Virus record (IMG/VR): IMGVR_UViG_3300031920_000341
Coordinates: 80,267 to 144,266 of that record
Reading direction: 5' to 3' (one strand)
DNA from: a virus
Taxonomy: Duplodnaviria > Heunggongvirae > Uroviricota > Caudoviricetes
DNA length: 64,000 nt
Position 1 is the stretch's first letter; each line of letters opens with the position of its first letter. This document shows positions 1 to 11,000 of this stretch, piece by piece. A program made the position numbers and the translations under genes. A model generated the notes under the pieces. The model made no database searches, was not told where the DNA came from, and saw only the letters and a list, made by a program, of their open reading frames with translations.

Positions 1-705
1 ATTTGTTAATACTATACGTAAATCTTTAGTATCAACATAACCATCTGCGCTAAATATACCATCAATAAAACCTTTAATATATTCATCACCTGAATTAAAT
101 ACTGAATTAGGTAAAATACTTTTATTATCTACACCAAGTGATTTTAAATATGTATCAAATTCTATACTTCTAACTTGAATACTTTTACATTTATCAAAAT
201 CAGTATTTTTCTTTAATTTTAAATAAGACTCATTGGTTTTATATGAATTTATTAATGGTAAAAGTTTTTCTCCAATATAATATTCATGTTGGGAAAATAT
301 AAATGTATATTGATTTATGTTACCAACATTAGATATACACCCATCCCCATATAACCATCCTAACATAAATCCATCTTCTTTATTTCTAATTATATTAGGT
401 TCAAAATCTATTTTATTAAAATGTTTATTAAATGCAAATATATTTGTTTCTTTAAGATTTTTTGTTTCTATTTTACCAAATCCACCTCCTATTAATTCAA
501 CTGGCCACTTATGTTCTTCAGTACTATAATATTCAATACCTGTTGATAATGTAATTTTATATAATTGTTTATTTTTACCACTTAATTTACATATAGCATC
601 TTTCCATTCATTATTAATTGTTTTAACTTTAAATTTTTCACCTTCTAATTGATCAATATCAAATATACCAGTTTTGGTTAAAACCTTTGTTCCTTTACGT
701 AATGA
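1..705 (-). mobile_element. Intein with LAGLIDADG homing endonuclease in nrdJ (partial)
   Basis: After ATNP (normally NP-CGE) the frame continues SLRKGTKVLTKTG (intein block A), then MLGWLYGDG and FIDGIFSADG motifs. Confidence 0.9.
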
Positions 706-1674
706 TGGATTTGTTGCACTAATATACTCCTCCCAATATAAATTATTGAGTTTATTAATAGTATCTACAAATAATACACCTGGTTCATTCCTTTTGTATG
801 TAGATTCCATAATAAGATCCCATAATTCATTAGCATCTTTAAATGTTTTGTATACTTTAGTTGGTAATCCTTCCTCTTTCCATGTTTTAATATTCCCATC
901 CCAAATTTCTTTATATACATCCTTAACAGTCTTTGCTTCATTATTAGGATCAAATTTGGAAGATACTTCTTGTGGAAGATATTCCATTTCTATATCAGGA
1001 AACTCTAAATCCCAGGGTAAGTGATTCTTTACAGCATGCATGAATTCATCTGTAATCAAAACCGACATATTAAATTTTGTAAGTCGACCTGGTGTCTGTT
1101 TTGATGTAATAAATTCTTCTACGTCTGGATGCCAACATGACATTGTTACCATTTGTGCACCCTTACGTATTTTTTTCTTTGCATTTTTGTTTTTACTTAC
1201 CTTACCGCTTCCTTCGGTAATGGTTGCAGATTGAGTATCCCACATATTAAGCATTGTAACTGCACCTGGTGTCTCATTTCCTATTCCTGCTACATACGTA
1301 CCTCTTGGTCTCATAACATCAGCACAAAAGCCGTAACCACCTTCAGATTTAAGTATAAGTGCTTGTCTTCTGAGCGCGGCAAGTATTCCTTCCATAGAAT
1401 CTTTATCTTCGCCCATAAACCCATCAACAAAACAATTAATCATTGTTGTGCCATTAATAGAAATCCCAGCATTGGATAGAATCCTTCCGCCAGGTATGAA
1501 TTTTAAAGTAGATGTTAAATCATAAAATTTTTGATACCAATGCTGTTGTTGTAATTCAATACTTGATATTTTTTCTGATATGCGTTCAAACATCCCTTCT
1601 ATTGATTCATTATTTGATCTATAGGTTGAATCGAATACCTCTATACTAAAATCGTTGTTTAAAATATTGGACAT
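1..1674 (-). CDS. nrdJ: Class II (B12-dependent) ribonucleotide reductase, intein-containing; runs off left edge
   Basis: Manual translation from ATG at 1674: FIPGGRILSNAG, NCFV, GGYG, RKGAQM, KFNMSV, EPGVLFVDTIN, ATNP. Absent from ORF track because it has no stop in the window. Confidence 0.9.
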   Translation of the reverse strand, partial: MSNILNNDFSIEVFDSTYRSNNESIEGMFERISEKISSIELQQQHWYQKFYDLTSTLKFIPGGRILSNAGISINGTTMINCFVDGFMGEDKDSMEGILAALRRQALILKSEGGYGFCADVMRPRGTYVAGIGNETPGAVTMLNMWDTQSATITEGSGKVSKNKNAKKKIRKGAQMVTMSCWHPDVEEFITSKQTPGRLTKFNMSVLITDEFMHAVKNHLPWDLEFPDIEMEYLPQEVSSKFDPNNEAKTVKDVYKEIWDGNIKTWKEEGLPTKVYKTFKDANELWDLIMESTYKRNEPGVLFVDTINKLNNLYWEEYISATNPSLRKGTKVLTKTGIFDIDQLEGEKFKVKTINNEWKDAICKLSGKNKQLYKITLSTGIEYYSTEEHKWPVELIGGGFGKIETKNLKETNIFAFNKHFNKIDFEPNIIRNKEDGFMLGWLYGDGCISNVGNINQYTFIFSQHEYYIGEKLLPLINSYKTNESYLKLKKNTDFDKCKSIQVRSIEFDTYLKSLGVDNKSILPNSVFNSGDEYIKGFIDGIFSADGYVDTKDLRIVLTN

Positions 1675-1702
1675 TATTGAATAAGATTATTATTTTGACA
1701 TG

Positions 1703-1734
1703 AAAATGGCAATGTTGTATAACACTGCCATTTT
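1703..1734 (-). terminator. Intrinsic terminator-like hairpin between S1 gene and nrdJ
   Basis: AAAATGGCAGTGTT-ATAC-AACATTGCCATTTT, 14-bp stem with one G-U pair, short U run. Confidence 0.6.
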
Positions 1735-1780
1735 AAAACATATTTTATTAAGTATTCATAGGTAAATTTATATATCTCTA

Positions 1781-2956
1781 TTAACAGAAATCAAAATTTA
1801 AAATTTTATTAATTACATCAACTTCATTTACCTTTATATTGTTATACTTATAAACTTTTCTTCGTATTGCTTTAAATGGTATTCTTATTTTTACTTCAAC
1901 ACCAGAACTTGGAAGAGTGATAAAGAAATCTTTATTATCATTCATTCTAAAGTTAATTATCTCACCTTCAACCTCATTTTTAAGATCTTGCCATTCTAAC
2001 ATATCTGGATTTATATTATCTTCATCCATTGTAAGAATAACCCGATAACTTCCATTTTTATTTATTGTATCTTTAATATAGAAGTCAATTGAATCACCAG
2101 CACCGAAATGTTGTTCTATTGCTGAATAATCATTAAATTCTGTTTTATGAATTAATCCAGTGAAGAAACCATTGCCAAATTCTACAAATAAACCGAATTT
2201 AGTAGGTTTGTCTGTTAAATGACCGGTATACTTAGTACCAAATTTCAATTCCTTGATTTTGGTTGGCATTGCATGTTTAACATATTTCTTAAATGAAACA
2301 ATATAGAAATTGCTAACATTATCGTAATTATCAATCATTACAGTAACTGTTTTATTAATATAAGTATTGAAATCTTTAATTATATTAGCAGCAGCTTGTC
2401 CGCCAGGTAAGAAACATTCAACACTTTCTTTATATAGCGCTTTATATCCACCTTTGATAAGTTCAACAATACGAACGTCAAATGCAGTATCGTTTTTATA
2501 TGCAATATCAAGTTCATTTTTATAGATAATAGAATTATATGCAATATTTGAACCAAAGAACATACCAGAATGTTCTCTTGTTATAATTATACCAATTCTT
2601 GGATTTTCTTTGATTTCATCAAATGATGGTATACACTCATTTACTGCAACATAAATTTGGGTTTTAGAATTAACCTCTTCGGTAGTATACAACATAGTCT
2701 CAGGACTAAATGATTTGATTATAACCTGATATGGTTCACCAACCATTAAATCTTTTGGCATTACTTTAAAGTCACCAATGAATTTACTTAATCTGTTGTA
2801 TTGTTCTTGTGCATATGGTTCTTTGCATAAAACCCTTACTCGGTTTTTCTTATCTGCTTCGGTAAGAATGATTCTCTCATTATATTTTCCGGTTGGAATA
2901 TCAAAAATTGCAATATCTTCTGGTTTATCGCTTCCATAAATAACTTTACTTTCCAT
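1781..2956 (-). CDS. rpsA: Ribosomal protein S1 (bS1)-like multi-OB-fold protein, 391 aa
   Basis: S1 repeats KGGYKALYKESVECFLPGGQ and GTKYTGHLTDKPTKFGLFVEFGNGFFTGLIHKTEF resemble bS1 domains 2 and 3. Confidence 0.75.
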   Translation of the reverse strand: MESKVIYGSDKPEDIAIFDIPTGKYNERIILTEADKKNRVRVLCKEPYAQEQYNRLSKFIGDFKVMPKDLMVGEPYQVIIKSFSPETMLYTTEEVNSKTQIYVAVNECIPSFDEIKENPRIGIIITREHSGMFFGSNIAYNSIIYKNELDIAYKNDTAFDVRIVELIKGGYKALYKESVECFLPGGQAAANIIKDFNTYINKTVTVMIDNYDNVSNFYIVSFKKYVKHAMPTKIKELKFGTKYTGHLTDKPTKFGLFVEFGNGFFTGLIHKTEFNDYSAIEQHFGAGDSIDFYIKDTINKNGSYRVILTMDEDNINPDMLEWQDLKNEVEGEIINFRMNDNKDFFITLPSSGVEVKIRIPFKAIRRKVYKYNNIKVNEVDVINKILNFDFC

Positions 2957-2986
2957 ATTAATTTTTATTAGTGAGTAAATATAATT

Positions 2987-3014
2987 ATTATATGATTGAG
3001 AATATGAAAGTTTT
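2987..3014 (-). promoter_or_regulatory. Putative promoter AAAACTTT-N14-TATAAT upstream of S1 gene
   Basis: Same bipartite motif and spacing recurs at 11413-11440(-), 18829-18857(-), 21185-21212(-), 21376-21403(-), 21431-21458(+). Confidence 0.6.
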
Positions 3015-3032
3015 ATTAAAATAAATAATATT

Positions 3033-3584
3033 ATGATAACACAAATTGCTAAAGATGCTTGTATTATTTTATGGGGCCAGACTTTATATTTAGATTATGA
3101 ATATCTTGAGATAGGAAATGATAATAGTAACCATCCTGATTTATTAGATGGATTTAAAGATGTAGTTGATGCATTTAATAATAAAGATGATAAAGAACTT
3201 GAAGAATTAGTTGATTGGTTTCAAGATGGAGCATCATATGGTGGCGTAAAATTACTTACTAAGAATACCTATGACATAATTATGGAAAGTAATCAAACTA
3301 TATTAATAGATGATTTACGTGTATTTAGAACTGGTGACTTTTATAATATACAAAAAGGATATTGGTTAAGTTTCTCAATGGAAGCTGAAAGATATGGAAG
3401 ACCAGACGATAAAGAACATACATTTATTATCGAAAAGGGTAAACCTATAATATATACAAGAGGACTTGCAGATCATGATGAAGTTATAATTAAATCAGAT
3501 ATTATAGTTGATATAATGAATAATGATACTTATATTAAAGAATGTAATGTTATGGTAAAAAGTTTTCCTGAAATCCGCCTTTAG
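3033..3584 (+). CDS. Hypothetical protein, possible ADP-ribosyltransferase-like fold
   Basis: 183-aa ORF with VFRTG...WLSFS...HDEVII resembling the R-S-E motifs; product call weak. Confidence 0.5.
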   Translation: MITQIAKDACIILWGQTLYLDYEYLEIGNDNSNHPDLLDGFKDVVDAFNNKDDKELEELVDWFQDGASYGGVKLLTKNTYDIIMESNQTILIDDLRVFRTGDFYNIQKGYWLSFSMEAERYGRPDDKEHTFIIEKGKPIIYTRGLADHDEVIIKSDIIVDIMNNDTYIKECNVMVKSFPEIRL

Positions 3585-6500
3585 TTTTTCCAGTATGACA
3601 AAAGTCATCAAGGAATACTGTAAATAAAATATTATCAAGAGTTAACCTTTCCCATGGTGGTATATCATCACATCGTAAAACCGGGTGTAAATTTCTTATT
3701 ATTTCACTATTGCCAAATGCTGCCAATGCACCAATCACAGGCCAAGGTATTAATTCTAGGTTTTTTAAGAGCATCATTGCTATTGATACCAAATCTGGAC
3801 TACTTAATGGAATATGTTTTCCTAAATCCATATCTTCACCTTGCATTTCTTGAAATTTTGACCACACTGACATAGGATCCATTACAATATCAAGTTGATT
3901 AATTTCGAAACCACGAAATGATGGAATTGACATAAATCCTTGAACAATAGTTAAAATTGGATCAATAATTGGATCAATTTGGGTTCCTATGACGTAATTA
4001 AGTAGCATTTTCATATCTATACTAGTGATTCCAAATAAAAACTCTCTGGAGTCGCCATATGAGCCCGAGGGTAGTATATTGACAAATCTTTCAAGTGTCT
4101 TATCTACAATATTTGTAATTCCGGCCATATACTCATTTAAATTAATATCAATGTGATCTGGTAGTCCAGTCGGCAAAGTAAGTTTAGGTATCATCGTTGC
4201 AATAAGACTAAGTGCAATGCTTTTGAATAGTAAAGTAAAATTAACATCAAAATCAGCAGGTGGCATTGGTATTGGTGGAATAAATTTTGATATCATATTC
4301 AACGCTGCTGAAAATAATTGATTTGGTTCTAATTTAGAAAATCCAAGCATTTGAATTAAGTCGGCTTGTGTAAGATTCTCTAACATGGCTGATGTTACAG
4401 ATGCCATATGTGCTTTAATAACAAGTGCAGGCAAATCAGTTGAATTCGGTACTACAATTGCTTCTTGACATATAAACATATCAAGTTTAAATGAAGCTAT
4501 AAATGCGGCAATACTTGCAATAAAAGTACCTTGTGTTAAAACATCGGTTAATATACCAAAGAATTTAGCAGCAAATGCTTTGAATTTTTCATGTCCCTCA
4601 TTAGTAGTTAAATCAAGTACAGGCATATTATTGGCCATATCATTTAATTCTGGATCTTCATATAAATCAATTGCCTTTAATTTCATTGTTTCCCTTAAAT
4701 CTAATACATCTAAAGCAGGAAGTTTAAATTTTTCAGATGAAAATTGAGTCATAATATCAAGTACTTTAGAAAAATCATCTTTTGGTTTAGTTTTACCATT
4801 ATCTTTTGGTATTCTAATATTAGGTAATGTAACATTACCTAAAAATGCAACAATATCATCTTTAACAGCTCTTGATACTTCACCAAGATCAACATTTCCA
4901 TCATCTCCAACTTGTGTTTTTAATTCATTTACTGAATTTAACTCTGGAGTTCCCCATCCATCAATCTTTTGTAATATGTCATTTATTATCTCAGATTTAT
5001 AATCTTCAATTGATTCTGGAGCTGATAATTCAGCACCTGCTATTTGCATATCAATATCAGCACTAAGTGCTAATGGTTTCAGTAAATTAGATGTTACTCC
5101 ACCAAATTTTGCCGAACAGCCAACTTCACTAGAAGGACCTCTTAATGTAAGTATAAATTTCTTTGAACCTTGATTACCGATATAAAATAACATTGGAGAA
5201 GGAAATATCCCACATACATTTAGAAATAATACCGCTGTACCAAATGGAGAACTTAATACAAATAACGGAAGCCATATCATTGGTAATGGAATCTTAACTA
5301 AACCAGCAGGTGTTGGAATCATTAAACCAACAGGCCAATATCTCATACCTATTCCAGGTGCAGTAGGTAATGGATCAGGAAATGGCAATAACCCATATAA
5401 TGTAGCCAATTCTGCAAATTTATTCCAATAACAATTTTTATTGGGTCCTGGTTTAGTTGGATCTTGTAGATTTGTAATTGTACCGGTATCTTCATCAAAC
5501 TTACCAAATGAATCTGTTAAATTTCCACCATTATCATCGGGTGGTGTTTGATTACCTGGTATAAATTCTACACACTCAACATCATTTTGTAATTTTTCAG
5601 TAACGCTATCTTGACTTAATTGTTCTTTTAATTCATTTTCAAGTTCTGTTAATCTTTGAATTTCTGCATTTAAATTATTATACATTATAACAGCCTCTTC
5701 TGAACGACTTATCATATCTTCCATTTGAAAATTATTAACAAGTGCCTTTGAAACATAATAACGTGCTTCTTTTTCTGCAAGTGCAACATAACGTAAAGAA
5801 ATATCATCAAGCATTGATTGTACAGTATTATCTCTTAACCATTGAATTTTAGCTTCAAGCTTATCTGGAAAATTTGAAAAGAATTCATCGAATATTACTT
5901 TATTATGGATATAATATGTTTGGTCATTATAAACAAACTTAGCCATATCAGATGGATTAATTTCATATCTAGGGCCACTTCCAAAATATGGATCAATTTG
6001 AGATGGACTTGTAGCAAGTCCACGTTCTTCAAGTGTGAATAAATTTTGTATCGGATCAGATAATAAATCATAATATTGAGAATATAAAGTACCGGTTAAT
6101 TCTACTTCTTGTTCTATTGGTTGAAAGTAAAATTCAGCAGATTCGGACGGGATAATAAAGCTTTTGTCGATTATCTCATCATTCTCTATTATATCTTCAG
6201 CATTTTTAATAAGAATAGTCGTACTAAATATGTTTACTTCATTTAACGTATTAAAAACGTTATTAAAGAAATCATTGAATGTAGTTTGTAATGCCGATGA
6301 ATATTCATTGGAATATGTGCTTAATTCTATTGCATAATCTGCAATCGATTGTGATAATACACTAATGCTTGTATTAAGAAGTAAATCTACATCAATTGTT
6401 TCTAAATGATATACTAGGTTTTTTAAATCATCAACATAATTTGTTATGATTATTACCATCTCGTTATTTAATGATGATAAATCCTGATTTAATTGATTGT

Positions 6501-7023
6501 ATGTATTTTGATCAGATTGAGATGGATTAGTTAAATCATTATAATATTCAAGGAATGTATCAAGCTGGGTTTGCTTTGAATCTATTTCAACTTGTTTATC
6601 ATTTCGTTTATTATAATGTTCCGTAAATATTTGTATTAATTCGCTATATTTATCGAATCTCCTTTTATGATACATGAAAGCAGGTGCTGAATTATCTTTT
6701 AATTCAATAAGACGCCATTTTGCTATTCTTACATTAGTATATCTTTCTCTTATTTCATCAATTTCTTTAATTACATCATCTGTCTGATCTTTACATCTAG
6801 TAATCTTGTCTATGAATGCCTGTTGTTTTTCTCTCTCTTCATTTATTTGAGCGTTTTCACTTTCATTAAATCCATTAAATACATCTGGAGCACCAGCTAG
6901 GCCTTCAAATATATCTGGACTAAAATATACAGGTTTACCATCAATTTCAATTTTACAAGAATCAACTTCATTGTTATCAATAGTAATTATTTGATTTTTA
7001 TCAATATTACATAATTCAGCCAA
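3550..7023 (-). CDS. Large hypothetical protein, 1157 aa (coiled-coil N-half, Pro/hydrophobic core)
   Basis: Long ORF preceded by GATAAATAA motif at 7042-7050. Confidence 0.8.
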   Translation of the reverse strand: MAELCNIDKNQIITIDNNEVDSCKIEIDGKPVYFSPDIFEGLAGAPDVFNGFNESENAQINEEREKQQAFIDKITRCKDQTDDVIKEIDEIRERYTNVRIAKWRLIELKDNSAPAFMYHKRRFDKYSELIQIFTEHYNKRNDKQVEIDSKQTQLDTFLEYYNDLTNPSQSDQNTYNQLNQDLSSLNNEMVIIITNYVDDLKNLVYHLETIDVDLLLNTSISVLSQSIADYAIELSTYSNEYSSALQTTFNDFFNNVFNTLNEVNIFSTTILIKNAEDIIENDEIIDKSFIIPSESAEFYFQPIEQEVELTGTLYSQYYDLLSDPIQNLFTLEERGLATSPSQIDPYFGSGPRYEINPSDMAKFVYNDQTYYIHNKVIFDEFFSNFPDKLEAKIQWLRDNTVQSMLDDISLRYVALAEKEARYYVSKALVNNFQMEDMISRSEEAVIMYNNLNAEIQRLTELENELKEQLSQDSVTEKLQNDVECVEFIPGNQTPPDDNGGNLTDSFGKFDEDTGTITNLQDPTKPGPNKNCYWNKFAELATLYGLLPFPDPLPTAPGIGMRYWPVGLMIPTPAGLVKIPLPMIWLPLFVLSSPFGTAVLFLNVCGIFPSPMLFYIGNQGSKKFILTLRGPSSEVGCSAKFGGVTSNLLKPLALSADIDMQIAGAELSAPESIEDYKSEIINDILQKIDGWGTPELNSVNELKTQVGDDGNVDLGEVSRAVKDDIVAFLGNVTLPNIRIPKDNGKTKPKDDFSKVLDIMTQFSSEKFKLPALDVLDLRETMKLKAIDLYEDPELNDMANNMPVLDLTTNEGHEKFKAFAAKFFGILTDVLTQGTFIASIAAFIASFKLDMFICQEAIVVPNSTDLPALVIKAHMASVTSAMLENLTQADLIQMLGFSKLEPNQLFSAALNMISKFIPPIPMPPADFDVNFTLLFKSIALSLIATMIPKLTLPTGLPDHIDINLNEYMAGITNIVDKTLERFVNILPSGSYGDSREFLFGITSIDMKMLLNYVIGTQIDPIIDPILTIVQGFMSIPSFRGFEINQLDIVMDPMSVWSKFQEMQGEDMDLGKHIPLSSPDLVSIAMMLLKNLELIPWPVIGALAAFGNSEIIRNLHPVLRCDDIPPWERLTLDNILFTVFLDDFCHTGKTKGGFQENFLP

Positions 7024-7065
7024 TAAGATTAGATATTTTTATTATTTATCTAGGTTAGTTGGAAG

Positions 7066-7668
7066 TTAAGACTTTCTCATGAATTCAGATAATGATACAA
7101 ATCCTTTACTACCATCAACAGGTTTAGCAATTTGTGTTTTTTCTGTATTTCTAATAGATTTACTAGACGTTTCTTTCATGATAGTCTTTTGTTCTTTAAC
7201 AGGAGCTGGTTTTTTAACCTCTTTCTTAGGTTTATCTTTCTTAACCTCTTTCTTTTTTACTTTAACAGGTTCTGGTTTCTTTTCTTCTTTAATTGGTACT
7301 TGTTTCACTTCAGGTGCTATTGGCGAAACATTAATACTAGGAATAACTTGTTTTAACGCTTGTCCGAACATTTCATTTACTTTAATGGATTTTTTAGTTC
7401 TAACACTAAATTCATCTTCCCATACATTGTAATATGAATCTTCGGCTACTAATTCAAATCTAAGTTTGCCTGCATTTTCATTTTCATATATTTTTAGCTG
7501 AGGTATATCAAAAGTACACACATCATTTTCTATTTCACCAAAAATAATATAGTTAATATTTTCATTTGCGATAAATACAAGTCTAGGTTGAATGCTATTA
7601 ACATCTATACCTTCTGCATTTATTTTAAACTTTAAGCTATCGTTAGTTTCATTATTATAAAATTCCAT
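7066..7668 (-). CDS. Hypothetical protein, beta-rich N-terminus with Lys/Pro-rich tail
   Basis: 200-aa ORF, downstream of ATATATAATTAAAA motif at 7682-7695. Confidence 0.75.
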   Translation of the reverse strand: MEFYNNETNDSLKFKINAEGIDVNSIQPRLVFIANENINYIIFGEIENDVCTFDIPQLKIYENENAGKLRFELVAEDSYYNVWEDEFSVRTKKSIKVNEMFGQALKQVIPSINVSPIAPEVKQVPIKEEKKPEPVKVKKKEVKKDKPKKEVKKPAPVKEQKTIMKETSSKSIRNTEKTQIAKPVDGSKGFVSLSEFMRKS

Positions 7669-7708
7669 TCTAATGGTCCCATTTTAATTATATATTTCCA
7701 TCAATGAT

Positions 7709-8077
7709 TTACGTTTTATCGCTATCTTTTAACAACTCTACTGTTACGCCTTTGTTTGACATAAGTTCAAGTTCGAAATCTTCAAAATTGATACCATATT
7801 TTCTTAATAATTCAGCAGTTATACTTTTCTTTAATTGTTTGACAGTAATTTTCTTCTTTTTCTTTCTATAATCAGTACGCCAATCAACCATGACTTTTAT
7901 AGCATCAATATGTTGTACGCCAACACCATAGATATCATCTATAAATTCACCATAACCACCGCCGCCTTTTATAACTTTAGTTGGTGTGATTATTTCATAC
8001 CTTACTACTAAATACTTTAACATCGGCAAAGAATTAATAATACCCTTTGTCAAGTAGTTCCATGCTATATTTGCCAT
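7709..8077 (-). CDS. Hypothetical protein, 122 aa
   Basis: ORF translationally coupled (TAATG) to the upstream 1033-aa gene. Confidence 0.7.
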   Translation of the reverse strand: MANIAWNYLTKGIINSLPMLKYLVVRYEIITPTKVIKGGGGYGEFIDDIYGVGVQHIDAIKVMVDWRTDYRKKKKKITVKQLKKSITAELLRKYGINFEDFELELMSNKGVTVELLKDSDKT

Positions 8078-11000
8078 TATGCTTCGATTACTTTATATGA
8101 GGTAATTCTTTCTTCTGAATCATATTCAGCGGTCATTAAATATTCTTTTAATGGATTTACATCATCATTTGTATCTGCTACTGTATCATATACCACAATT
8201 GTAGAAGATGTTATTGAACCAGATGTATTATAGACTTGATCTTTGATTCTAAAGTTATGTTGGGTTAATCCTAATACAAGTCTAATATTTGTATTCATAA
8301 CATTAATCTTATCGCCTATTGTTTCTAATATGAAATCATCTGGATCTGCATCCCAAACAGCTTGTGCAATTAAAGTAGGATCTGCTCCAGCACTTACATT
8401 AGCTAATGAATCACCGGCACTTCCAACATTTGTATGTTCTGATAATTGTGCATTCCAAACTGAATTTGAAATCATATCAGGTTTTATTGTGCCTGTTGGT
8501 AATATTACGTATGCGGAAGTTGAATCAGGAATAACTGGCCAACTACTTCCAACTGTCGCTATTTTAGTTGTTCCATCATATCCAATAATTCTTCTTGCTT
8601 GATCATCACCATACCCAGACCTAATAAATATTACCTGACCAATATATGTGCCATCTGTTGATGAAGCAAGTGGATTTAAAGTTATAGTTGTAGATGTTGC
8701 ATCTTGTGCGAGTCCTTCATTTACATGTTCTCTACCAGGATTACCTACAATTATAAATTTACTCGTATCATCTGGATTTATTTTCCAATTTCTATCAACT
8801 GTTGCCGTTCTAGTTGCACCTTCATATTCTAATATTAGTCTTGATTGACCCATACCAGTACCTTCTGATATCGATACAATAGCAGGATCATATGCTCCAT
8901 CATAATCGGCAGCATCTACATCAAAAATAATTTGATTATTAATTGCACCTAAACTTCTAGAAGTTCCTTCCCAAATAACATGTGCTGATAACTGTCGTAA
9001 TCTTCTACCTGCTGTTGTAGCTATATTATGTGTTGAACCAGTTAACGGTTCATCCCAGACACTTTCAGAAATAGCAATATGGCTTAGTGACCTAATATCG
9101 ACAACACATCCTACTGAACTATTGTCTGTAACTTCAGTAATACCACCAATAAATACTGAACCTGCGGTACATGTTGAATCTACTATTATCGTACCACCTA
9201 CCATATCAATAGCTAAAGTACTAACTGAAGTCTTGTTTGTTATTTTATATCCACCTCTACAACGAATAAGATTTACTAATGTATTATTAACAGATATTTC
9301 TTTCGGTTGAGTTGGGTCAGTAATATATGTATCACATTCTGTAAAATAATTAGCACCTGTTCCTACTATATCAATATTTCCAGTCAATAAACAATTTTTT
9401 GATCCTCCGTCATATTCATTAATATCACCTAAAACACAAGTAGTATACCTAACTGAACCATTCATTGTACCGGATACCGTTAAGTTTTCAAAATATGTAT
9501 TATTAGTTATTGCATCTGTTACGATAACAACATTACCAAAACTACTAGCTGATGTTAAAGTAAAACCACTTATATCTTCACCACCGCTTATAGTTAAAGT
9601 TCCATCAATATAAATATATGGAAATTCATGTATATTTGCAATAATAAGAGAATCAGCTAAGTTATTCGATGGATACTCATGAGTACCGATTGGATAAAGA
9701 GTTCCAGCTGAACCATTTATAACATCTATTACAACTTTATTATCATATGCTTGATGATACATTTCATGTCCGAATGTTTCGTGATCTAAATGATCTTTAA
9801 TAGGTTCGTCCCAAACGGCTTTTGCAATAGTAGATTTATTAATAAGAGCACTTGTTTCAACTGTCATGCCTATTCCTGAATTATCAATTAATGTACCAAC
9901 ACCTGTAATAATGACTTGTCCATCTGTACATGTTGAATCTAATTCAACACCACCTGATGTTAAAAATATTCTAATATCATTATTATCTGTACTGTTAATT
10001 AATGTAATAAATCCAGAATAATTTCTAAGTTGTAAACTACATGCTGTATCATTAAAATTAAAGATTGGTGAAATAGCTACTTCCGGTATTGACCAAGAAT
10101 CAACAATATAAATTGTACCAGTATATGTTGGTGATATTTTAGTTGTACCACCAACTAAACAATTAGTTAATATTATATCTAAGTTAGATGTATTATTTAT
10201 AAAAAAATCATCAAATTTACATTCAACAAATGATGATAGTCCTCTTGCTTCACCGGTAACTGTCGCATATTTAATAGCTGATTCTAAAAAAGTTGAACCA
10301 GTTTCGAATGTAAATATAGATGTATTAAATCCTCTGCCTATTAGTGTATGATGATGATCTATATAATCAGCTGAGGTAAATGTCCAATCTTCTAAAAAAT
10401 TTAATTCAGTAAATCCTCTGTCGTCTGCAATAGTATGTGCATCTACTAAATTGTTAGATGGTGTTTCTGGTGTACCTATTGGATATGCAGTACCTGCAAT
10501 TCCACCAACACTTAACCAAACACCACCATCAAATGAACTGTATTGAATTGCTCCTAATTCTTGAAGGGTTGCAGATGATGAACTTGATCTAACAACCTGT
10601 ACATTTGGAGTTTGAAAAACTGAAGGTAATTCTGCTCCAACATCATCAACGGCAACAAGATTACCACCAGCAATATTACATTGTACGTTGGGATATATAA
10701 AATAACTATCGCCAATTGTCCACGCTGTACTTAATCCGCCACTAAGAGCAAAACTATTAATATTATTTGCATCAGTAACAATACTAACAGCTGCCATTGC
10801 ACCGGTAGTAGCATTAAATACAGTACATCCTTCATATATGCCATCTCCTATAAAATCTGCATCATCTACATATAAATGAACTCCTAATGGATCTGTTAAA
10901 TCACAAGTTTTTCCTATGCCATAATCTAGTGCGGTAGTTCTACCGGTAAACATAATTCTTGCATTTTGGAGAGTTGCGGTAATACCTACGGTAACACCGC

